In this document: in pieces, positions 1-9,891 of the stretch
Layout: each line of letters opens with the position of its first letter
Numbering within the stretch: the stretch's first letter is position 1
Origin: Lenisia limosa
Lineage: Eukaryota; Protista; Breviatea
Length of the DNA: 64,000 nt
Assembly: GCA_001655205.1 (NCBI GenBank)
Contig: LPNZ01010005.1
Location: 1-64,000, forward strand
Reading direction: 5' to 3'
Made by a program: the position numbers and the translations under genes
The notes under the pieces: model-generated
The model's input: only the letters and a program-made list of their open reading frames with translations
Database searches by the model: none
What the model was told of the DNA's origin: nothing

Positions 1-371
1 ACTACCATAGAACACTTCGCCCTGCTAATTTTGCAAGACTATCTGCTTAATCTTCCTGAAAAGATAAGCCAAACATAAATCATACGTCCTTAATAATTGT
101 ATTGATAAATGTTGATGGCCATATTGAAAGATACTACGGTCATTTGCTTTTTGTTCAAGAAAATACGGAATTGATTGGATTCCAATTGATTAGAATGAAA
201 CAGAGTTTCGCCTCAGTCCAACCTAGAATATATCACACACCCTGATGAGAACTCTAAGGTTGTCAGAAAAATAAGGGGGAGGGGGAGGGGCATGATTATT
301 ATATAATAATACGCTTCAAAACAGAATAATAATAATAAAAAAAAGAAGAGATTATAACGGGGGGTCTCACC

Positions 372-845
372 TTAATTCTTTCCTTGTGAAGCAAGCGTAT
401 GTGGCCTTGTTTTGAAAAGGTATTTCTCCAAAACCATTGCTTTCGTCTCATAAAAAACTCCACTACTATCTTTCTCTAAAGAATTGAAAAACTTGTTTCA
501 AACAAACCTTTTCTAATTACTGCAAGAGGTTTTCTGAGTTTTACTATTTTCCCATCTGCTTGATGGTTTCCTATTGTGAGCCTGGGGTTGCCCTACGTTC
601 ATAAAATAGAGAACGCAAAGAAGATCTAAATATTTCTTGCAAAAGGTGAAAGAGCGCCAAATCCCACATTCTCCAAAATTTCAAGACTGCCAAGTTCAAG
701 TCCAGAAAATCCGTGTGTACTGGAGCTGAAGCTTTGAAGCTCTCCTTGAAGTTCAAGAATAACCCTTGAAACATTACCACGTCGAGTATCCGACCTACCA
801 TTGTTCAATTCCACTGCCTGATGGACTTTTAATTACAATCTGCAT
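372..845 (-). CDS. CTF8: Chromosome transmission fidelity protein 8 (Ctf18-RFC subunit), 4 exons
   Basis: Manual splicing gives MQIVIKSPSGSGIEQW-VILELQGELQSFSSSTHGFSGLELGSLEILEN-GNPRLTIGNHQADGKIVKLRKPLAVIRK-EKDSSGVFYETKAMVLEKYLFKTRPHTLASQGKN*. This matches the Ctf8 motifs ELQGE, G(H/N)H..GKIVKL.KP.AV and LFKTRP. Confidence 0.88.
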
Positions 846-1092
846 TTTTCTTGTCAAACATCAAATCCACATACAACGCTATTCGGAATCCGACAAATTC
901 TTCATCAATCACAAACAAGAGGGGGGGGGGGGCAGGGGGGAAGCGGGAAACAGATTGTTGTGCGCGCGCGCCAAAAAGAGGTTTTTTAGTTACTATCCAG
1001 CTAAGCTAACTAAACTAGCGAAGGCTGCGAAGGAAGCTGCACAACCATCTGCTATCAGCATAGACCAAGAGCCCTGATTATTATTAACAAAA

Positions 1093-2426
1093 ATGACAAG
1101 CCTAGCACTGGATTTAAACGAATTGATTAAAATAAAAGCAAAGTTTGGAATACTGTGTACTTATATTTAACATTGCAGCCGTCAAGAGGACATTAACCGA
1201 ATTGATGAAGGTATTATTCAGCTTAAAAACCAACTTAATGAAGGTTTGGATTTAGTGAAGGGCTTATCCTTTGAAATTCTTGTTTACACTCACTATTACA
1301 ATAATTTTGAAAGAAATAATAACCTTTTGCAATAGGAGAAACAGAAACTATTGCTCTAAAGGGTCGCCACTCTTCCATCATGCGCGAAGCCCTGCAACAG
1401 GAAGTGTTATCAGCTGCTGTACTCATAAAATATGCAAAAATCGAAAAAGGTACGAGGTAGCTCCTTCTCATTTTTTATTTCTATCAGTTTTCATTCCGGA
1501 TTCAAATTCAAATAATGTTGCGTCTGTGTTTTGGGGGTAGTTGCAGGGTTGTTGTTCGATCGGTCGTTCGGTCTTGGTAGTTTCAAGTCACTTTGGTTTG
1601 TGTATCAAAACTGCAACATTGTTTTTTACAACACAAGGTCACAACATATTTTGAAATTGACAGCAATTGACACTCTACAGCAATCAAGGAAACAGCGGAG
1701 CATGTCACAGCTCTACGAGGTGATCTTTTTAGAGAAAAACAAAAGCTTGACAGTAGCAGGTGGGGTAATTTCAAAGAATGACAAATAGAAAAGGTGGCAG
1801 TGAACGACTCAAAAGAGTCAGAAGTAATATGATGACTGCGTGTCAGCTGCTTTCAAATAATCAAGAGGTTATGATGCTATTATCCTAATGCAGATGACAT
1901 ATGACAATCTCATTTCCATCGCATCTGATGACTGTGAAGTTAACATAGATTCTGATTATTTACCTCTTCCCAAACTTCAAAAGAAGCTTGTGCAGGTGAG
2001 AGAGTGGCACATTTTTTTATTATTATTATTTGTTTAGATTGTTACAATTGGTGGCAGTACTAAACAAGCTCTTTCTCAAAAGAAATCCGAGAAAACTGCA
2101 GCAGCGAACCAAGTTGTCCTGTTTTTTATGTAACATATTTAGCTTGACGATAAGAGAAAGGAGTTAGAAATATTGGAAAAAGAAAGGAGTATGGCTTGCA
2201 GAAGAGTTGCACAACAAGTTGGTTGAAGTGTACAAATTTATGACATAGGTACAAGAAGTGAGAAAAGAAACTAGGAGTGTGGAGGATGAGGTTGGTATGT
2301 CTCCAAAGCTGTAATGCAATTTAGGCAAGTCAATTAGTCAAAGATACAGAAGAGGTTGAAAAGCGTCTCATGTTTGTCCAAACAAGGCTCATACAACTTC
2401 AAGGGCAGCTTAATTCAACAAGATAA
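1093..2426 (+). CDS. Multi-exon coiled-coil protein of unknown function (end approximate)
   Basis: Short exons with GT-AG boundaries: MTSLALDLNELIKIKAK, RQEDINRIDEGIIQLKNQLNE, ETIALKGRHSSIMREALQQEVLSAAVLIKYAKIEK, LDDKRKELEILEKER, VQEVRKETRSVEDE. Heptad-like E/K/L/Q composition; no family recognised. Confidence 0.5.
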
Positions 2427-2716
2427 CCAAGTTGACAATTGTTGTCCATTTGGATTTCAATTTGAATGTTAGGATTTTTATTTTTATTTTTGTGGCTCGA
2501 TTTTTTTTTATTATTATTATTGTACTGACTTGTTACATGTTTTCTCTGTGTTTTTAGATTTTTGATATTAATTTTTTTCTTAGTTTGAATTGACATGGAG
2601 CTTAGTCTGACATATAATATTCTTTTTCTTCAGTTTCAACATTAGTCTTCAATTCGTCTTCACATTGTTTTCACTTGACGTCGATATTCGCCATTGCCCA
2701 ACAAATATACAAACAA

Positions 2717-5700
2717 ATGGGAGCAACAATGCAACAATCGCCCTCATTACACCATTTTAAAACGGTTGTCTCTCCATTGATCTTTCGATCCGAGGAGGGA
2801 AAAAAAGTTACATTTGAAGCAGTTGACTTCAGACTATTAATATTTAGATAATTGGGCATTAATTAATTAGGTATATCCTGTCAGCTAAACAAGAAGAGTC
2901 AAAATACAGGGATTTACCATGAACTCCAAACGTGTATACTGTTTTATTGGAGTTGATGATAGTAGTGAAACAAGATGTTTCCCTTTAGTGTTAAAAAACC
3001 AGCATCAAACCGTTTTTGAGGCAGTTCAGGTTTGCTGATTCTTTCCTCTTTTCATATCTTAGGACTCATTAAAAGGACACGCAGAACTTGGTCATTGGGA
3101 AGTCGTGTCACTCTTTTGGCCAGGGTTAGCTGGGGTACTGTTGTTCTGCTACTGATCATATCTTCCGTCCTGTTTTGATTTTTAAGACACTTCCCTCTTT
3201 CCCCTGCAATGAGGGTGATCAACCTTGATGACGGAGCTGATCTCCATGCCAATGTGAAAACGATTATTCCTGAGACTACTGATATTCCTGAGCCTGTTAT
3301 AGTTGGTTGGGGCTTGTGGGGGGGGGGGGATAGAGAATAACTGTCCACAAGCGTTCATAATTCCCGTTATCTTCTGATTTGGTTTATGGGTTGTATCTAG
3401 ACCTTTGGAATAATCTTTTTTTTTTAGGTTGAACAGAAAAAAGAGTCCATTTTAGATAGAATTATTAAGGAAGAAGACCCTTCATTCTTCAAACTGCGTC
3501 CAGTTGCCTCTGACCTGCCCGACCCTGAGCTTCTTATTGACAAATCGCAGTTCCATACTGAGTTTCCCCCAACAAGTATGGGGGCTAGGATAATGCCCTT
3601 GTATTAGTGAAGCAATAACACTCTAGTGGACAAAATGACCGAAGAAGAACTGCATACTGAGCTTGTCAAGCTTCTCAGAATTGCTGTCAAAGATGACTAT
3701 GTAAGCCATCTGTTTATAAATGCTCTTATTTTCCAGGATGGAAAGAAAAGGAAAGCCCTCTCGCTCTACTCTCATATTCTTGCGGTTAGTTTGTATTCAC
3801 TTTCTATCACAGTGCTGTTTTGACCACCATCTTCTCACCCTACAGTTAGTACCAGATCAGAAACATTGTTTGATCCAAAAAGGTAAGATTGATTCCAAGG
3901 TCATATTATATTTTCAGGAAGTCTGCTCCGTCGCACTAAGAATTACTCCGAATCTGAAGTCATTTTGAAGAAAGCAAAAGCTTCTTTCCCTTCTGTATGT
4001 TAATATAACTTGTTGTGTTTCCTCTTTCGCCTTTTACTGTTTCAGTCATGGGAGCCTCTTTATGAACTCGGTTTGTTGTACCACGAAATGGGCAGAGTAG
4101 AAGACGCTTTTTCCAACTTGATGGAGGCCAAGGATAAAGGTATGTTCTTTTTTAAGAAATATATTGCTTGGACCACTTCCTCGATACTAATAAACTTAGA
4201 TGATATTACGGAGAGCCAGTCCAACGATGTTCTTGCTGCTTGTGCACAGGCTATCTATAATGTTCGCTCTCCCTTTAATGTGGATTTATTCAGCACCCAT
4301 AACCAGGCATCACTTTGATCCACAAAACTATCGAGGATTTTTCGAGAAGTTTATGTTTTTTGGACCAAAGTGACTAGACCTGTCTGTTATAACTAATTGT
4401 GTCTATTTGTTATCAAGCAGGTTAAAACTCAACAAGCTTGGGCCACCTCACAAGACATCATGTACAAAGACGAAAACCATCCTCATGCCTTGATTATCGT
4501 AAGCCCCCTCCCGCCTACCCCATCTAGTACATTTGTAACACTACAGTACTCGTATGCACTTATGGAACACAACCATCCACAAGATGCCGTGAGAGCCACA
4601 ATGAAGGTTAGCTTATCACTTTCGGTTTATTAACTTTAGGCCCTTGCTGTGGACTCAAATTCACAACGTTCACGAGAGCGGTTCACGGAGTTGGTCAAAA
4701 AGCTTGTATGTCTTTATTTTACCGCTTTGAGAAATGATTCAGGGTTAATCTGACCAACAACTATCTCGTTTGAAATGAAACTCAGCTTTTTCCTTAGCTT
4801 TCTGGTGCCTCCCACCCACATATTCTTATACTCCCCCCCCCCCCNNNNNNNNNNNNNNNNNNNNNNNNNNNNNNNNNNNNNNNNNNNNNNNNNNNNNNNN
4901 NNNNNNNNNNNNNNNNNNNNNNNNNNNNNNNNNNNNTTGCTGAGTTCAATGAATCTGAAAAATCGATTGAATCCGCTGCGTATCTTGCCAATCTACTTAA
5001 GGAGAATGGAGGTTTGGGTCTATTATGTGTATTTAAACCAATTTTTGTAGCGGTTGCCTCTGCTGTTGCCCTCTTCAAATACGCCATTTTAAGCACCCCT
5101 ACCCCAAAGTCGGCTCCTGTTTTGTTTTCCTTCTTATTATTATTCCTGTTTTAAATACTAATTGTAAACTGGGACAACTTATCGATATATGATAGTATGT
5201 AGGGATGTGTCGCAACCAATACACATAATGAGCTCCTACTTCTCATATTTTGATACCAAATTTTTTACATTCTTCTGACTACACAGTCTCGTCCTCAATT
5301 TGGTCCACTGTATGGAGGCAAACAACCAGCAAAACCAGGCCGGCAAATCTCTTGTTGTCTATTTCAAGGTACATCTTTGTAACAGCGATCAGTTTTACTG
5401 CTTTTTTATTGTTCTGCCCGCACTGTCTAATTGATTTAGGAGTCAGGTGTGCAAACCCTTTGTGGACTGAGCAATGCCTCCGTCTCCCGGGTGCTGAGCG
5501 CAGGATTGAACAACCTCCCACTTCCTGAGATCAAGGACCAGGTTTGGAATTCCCAGGTAATTCACCATCAGATCGAATACAACCGGGATTCTCTGACGTC
5601 AGACACGTCTCTCGACACCTTGGCTCTGTGGTGCGTTGCTGTCAAGATTCTATGGCTCAAGTCAAAGATCGAGGCAATTCAGCTTCTTGTGAGTTTGATC

Positions 5701-7041
5701 AAACAAGTGACAAGTGGTGAAACGAACATTCATCATAGTCATGTCAGGTAAGCTGGGAACTTTGAGATCTAAGGGGATCTAACCATGTAGAAATGAATGG
5801 GCTTATTACCTCTGCATTCAAAAAACCCTTCTGGTCTCAGTGAAGGTTTGTTACTATTGTAATTTGAATAATAATTTACCCCCCAAAGGTACCCAGGTTG
5901 TCAGCTAATCTGAAGCCTGTTTACATGATTGGAGATAGTCACACACTCACTCCCGCTTTCTCCGAAGTGATGTGGAAGGTCGTTTTAATGAATTGTATGT
6001 TGCAGTTCTGACTCTTCAGGGTGAAACTCGCCAACTCCACCCCATGTTGATCACCGGGTTGAAAGTGGGTTTAGATATCGTGATAAACCTCGTATATAGT
6101 ATACTATATATTAGATGTGGTATACTATATGATCATATTCTATATCATATGATATCATATGTAATTTATATCATACTATATATACTAATTATATATAGTA
6201 TATATATACTAATATATGTACAGTACAACAATCCTCTTTTACTCATACACAACTCACCCCAGGCCTATCATCTTCGAGAGGAAAGTACCTTCTACACCAA
6301 GGTCAACTTCCAAAAGAGAATCAAAAAACGTATGGTATCGTGGTTTTGTCATTCTGCGCTTCTATTATACCTGCTTACAGTGTAGTTCCTCCCAAGAGCG
6401 AAGTTCTCCTTTGTTTTGGTGAAATTGACTGCAGAACTGGTATTCTTGACGCTTATAGCAAATGCCATATCAACGTGAGTACTGTATGTTATTGTCTTAT
6501 CTTTCAGTCCATTGCCGAGGGAATTGAGAAGACAACGAGAATCCATCTTACTGTTTGTGAAAAAATCCGGGTACGCTTCCCTAACAACACGGATATTTAC
6601 ACATATTTCATGACTTTTTGAGTCATTATCTTAGAACCTTGGTCACTCCGTGAGTGTTCTTCCAGTGCCACCTGTTCTTGACCAAACAAGGTAATGCAAG
6701 TTGCCTGCTCTTTCTTGTTATCTGTTTCTCCGCTTTATTTCTCAGGGATATGGTGCGCCTTTACAACCATAGTCTCAGGGGACTTATTGAGGTTTGATGG
6801 TATTTAAATTTCTTTTTTTTTAGAATGAAAACCACCAGGGCTGCAACTTACAATTTTTAGCGTTCTCATGGTATTTGCTGGATTGGAATTGAAGGCGAAT
6901 ACACAGTTGACAACAAACTGAGATCAGGTTTGCAGTGTTCTACTATGACTCTATGTTTTGAATTGCGTTCATTCTTTAGAATATGTACTTGACGGCACCC
7001 ATCTCCATCCCAGCGCTGCCAAATTAATTGAAAGAAATTAG
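2717..7041 (+). CDS. TPR-repeat protein with C-terminal SGNH/GDSL-like hydrolase domain (start uncertain)
   Basis: TPR-like exons (WEPLYELGLLYHEMGRVEDAFSNLMEAKDK; YSYALMEHNHPQDAVRATMK). These are followed by SGNH blocks: VYMIGDSH (~5919-5945), VLLCFGEIDCRTG (~6400-6440) and YVLDGTHLHP (~6980-7012). Stop TAG at 7039-7041. Confidence 0.75.
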
Positions 7042-7450
7042 GGTGTAAAACATGTTTGTTTGATATCTAGCATAATGTTTGTATGGACGTCAATCTAAAT
7101 GCCTAAATGCTAGAACAGAGAGTCGAAAAGTAAGAATCAATTCAGATCAACTTCAATTTCATAACCATTTCCTTTGATTACTTTCTTTCACAGGAAATTG
7201 GTGGAAAAATTGGAAGGGAAGCAGGAAACATTTGGGCTGAGGGGTGGCGGTGAATCTGTGGGGACGGGAAAAAAAAAATCAAACAATTTGTTTTGTCTCC
7301 TCAGCAAATATAAGTCGTGCATAAAGGCATAAGGTGAAGAGAAGACCGGAGAAGACTATTCAGCCTGCCAAATACCTTGTTTATTTTCTTCCTTCCTGCC
7401 TTCAAGCTTTCTACTGCTCATTTGCCTTTGGTTGCAACTAAAGATTAAAA

Positions 7451-8304
7451 ATGAATGACCAGAGCCAAGGTGGGAAGATGCTTCTCTGCTCCTCCTCCCT
7501 TTCCAGAATATCTTGCGACCCTCCACAACTCCACTCTTTAATAACTTAGGATACCAAAGTTCAGGAGCACCTGAAATGGAGCCTGCACAAGACGGTATGT
7601 TGCCTAGCAAGCCCTTCTTGTGTAATTTCTAAACATATTGCAGAATACACCATTGCTGCCCCTCCTTCAGAAGAAGTTTTCAAGGTAGTTTGGCTCTGCA
7701 TTTTTGGTGGCATGACTAAAAAACACACACATGACACCTCTAGCAACAAAGCTACCAAGGCTCAGCACCAGGACCGTCAGACCCGAACGCAGCTACTGGC
7801 TTTGGAAACACAGTATGAGTCCAGAGTTTACTTGACTCTGTAGCCTGAAGAGGAAATGGCACCAACCTTCGAGGAAGTATCCACTCTCGGTTTCGACCCC
7901 GAACTGATGGGTATCCTTGTTTATCTTTTCGGCTTCATCTCAGCTATCTTCTTTTTGGTTGCTGAAAAGAAAAATTCGTATATCCGCTTCCATGCCTGGC
8001 AGGTTTGTTGCTCACATAACGACTCACAATTAGTCATTGGCAATGTTCCTTCCTTTAACTGTCCTGACGCTGATTCTTTTTGCCATCTTCAGCCCGCTGG
8101 GTATGTTGATGTGGTTCCTCAGTGCGGTTCTTTGGGTGTTCGCTATGTACCAGGTTGGCTGGGTGTTGCGATCCTTGATGAGTGTCATCATGGTCTAATA
8201 CATCTATGTATTACATGTGATATATATATTCTCATAATTATATCATATCTACTCAACCAAATAAAGATTATAGATAGGCACAGATGATACAATATGTCTG
8301 ATAT
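7451..8304 (+). CDS. DUF4870/Tic20-like small membrane protein with Pro/Gln/Ser-rich N-terminus (last exon uncertain)
   Basis: Exons encode STLGFDPELMGILVYLFGFISAIFFLVAEKKNSYIRFHAWQ-SLAMFLPLTVLTLILFAIFSPLGMLMWFLSAVLWVFAMYQ. The E.KN.Y.RFHA.QS signature and three hydrophobic segments are typical of DUF4870-type proteins. Confidence 0.7.
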
Positions 8305-8331
8305 TATTATGTTGTGTAAATACCGTCGAAA

Positions 8332-8381
8332 TACCCCCCCCCCTCCTCTCCTCCTATAGGGGGAGAGGAGGGGGGGTAATT
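8332..8381. repeat. GC-rich palindrome (C-tract/TATA/G-tract hairpin)
   Basis: ACCCCCCCCCTCCTCTCCTCC-TATA-GGGGGAGAGGAGGGGGGGT; the arms are near-perfect reverse complements. Confidence 0.8.
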
Positions 8382-8513
8382 GTTTCTATTAACAAAATAA
8401 TAGCTATTGATACTGTAATATAATTCAATATTAATAGCACTATTCATAGCTATTGGACGGGATAGGTTTAATATGTATGCATAAACAGATATCATATATA
8501 TATACTATGTATA

Positions 8514-9432
8514 TTGTGCGCAGCAAAATTTTTGCGCCGTTTTTTTTTTTTTTTTTTCCACGATTTTGGGGGTTTCTTTGAAAAAAAGGACCAAACAGTA
8601 AGTCCTTTCGGTAGTGACAGAAATTTTTACAGGAAAGTGTTGACTTGTATCTGCAACTGCTTGTTTAGCCTTGGATTCCACTTTTACTTGAGTCATTTAT
8701 AATGGCCACTAACTTTTTTAGTCGACATGTGATTCATCCAAAATGTTGTGCGTGAAATAATAATTTTTTGAAAAACTCAAAATAACCCAGAAATTGAATG
8801 TGGTATGAAAACTGGGCTAAAAATTGGTTTCTGCGGCTTTAAAACTAAAATATCAATCAATGACAAAAAACCAAAATTGTGAGAAATTAAATTGTAATTT
8901 TAAAGATAGTTCCGATTTCCATTAACACATGCGAAGTGGACTTCAGAAGTGTAAAAAGTACTGTTATTCATACAAAATCCCATCTTTTAAGATTACTACC
9001 AAAAGCACACTTCCAAGGTTTGATTTAGACTGAGTAGCCAGATTAGTATGACTTATTTAGAATCCAACTTAAACCTACCCTGGGTGCCCAATCCCTAAAT
9101 TTGTAACAAATTGGATGCAAGCATTAAAAGCCGAATGGAACATCTTTCCAGTGGATGGGCTTGACGCAAAATAATTGAATCGCTGTATATATGCTCGAAG
9201 TGCATCCGTTATTAAAACAGGGAGGACCTGCTAAGTAATAATGTTTTGTATATATCTGGTAAAGACACTGATGGGTAAAAATCTAAAATTATCAAAAAAA
9301 AAAGAGAAAAAAAAGTTGAGTATTATTCTCTGTGTATTTGGAGTTGTTTGGTCCGTTTTTTAGAATAAAACACAAAAATAGTGAAGTGATGGGGGGAAAA
9401 AAAAAACTGCGCAATAATTTTGCTGCACACTA
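8514..9432 (+). mobile_element. Degenerate, internally deleted Tc1/mariner DNA transposon (919 bp)
   Basis: Imperfect ~80-bp TIRs: TTGTGCGCAGCAAAATTTTTGCGCCG(T)n...GGACCAAACA versus the reverse complement TAGTGTGCAGCAAAATTATTGCGCAG(T)n...GGACCAAACA. TA lies on both flanks (8512-13, 9433-34). A frameshifted C-terminal relic ALKAEWN...KIIESL...SVIK.GGPAK* (~9120-9240) resembles the Tc1 transposase tail EEW..I....LIESMPRR..AVI.AKGG.TKY. Confidence 0.8.
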
Positions 9433-9891
9433 TAATTATTCATAATACTTGTTTACATATTATAAATTGTTTTCAACTTATTGGGAGCTCTAACTAATAC
9501 AGGGACACAAAGGTGCTGTTACGGAGGGAGAGAAATTCTATTTCCCCCTTGTGGGACAGTTTGCTGACGAGAGACTGAGACGGGAGTCTTTTTTCCCCCA
9601 CTATGGTTTGTAGGGGTTTATGCCCTTTGAGCTTCGAGGGATATTTGTATTAATGTAATAATTCTATGAATGATTGTATATATACAGTATATCAGAGAAA
9701 AATCATATAGTATAGATACAATTTGTTCATAAATGAGTATGTTGCTCATTTGCTTTCTAATTTATATATTTCTACATTTGAGAGCCATTAATACTCTACA
9801 GGTAACTACTATAACAGAGGTTCACCTAATGAAACACTGTAAGGTTCAATTTTTTTCATACATTTCTGACGCTACTTTGTAAGGAGGATTA

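Noticed and set aside
1-300. Possible exon fragments of a gene crossing the left window edge
   Set aside because: Open frames exist on both strands but there is no recognisable motif or consistent splice pattern.
2580-3348. Separate minus-strand gene suggested by ORFs 2671-2859 and 3052-3348
   Set aside because: Splice signals and open exons are on the plus strand and lead into the TPR-SGNH gene.
6085-6225. AT-rich (TATA/ATATG) intron tract as a mobile element
   Set aside because: Low-complexity microsatellite-like expansion without termini; similar tracts occur at ~8215, ~53050 and ~55395.
8317-8463. Possible pogo-like MITE with TACCGTC/GACGGGA ends enclosing the GC hairpin
   Set aside because: Only about 7 of 10 terminal bases match and no convincing TSD; too weak to call.
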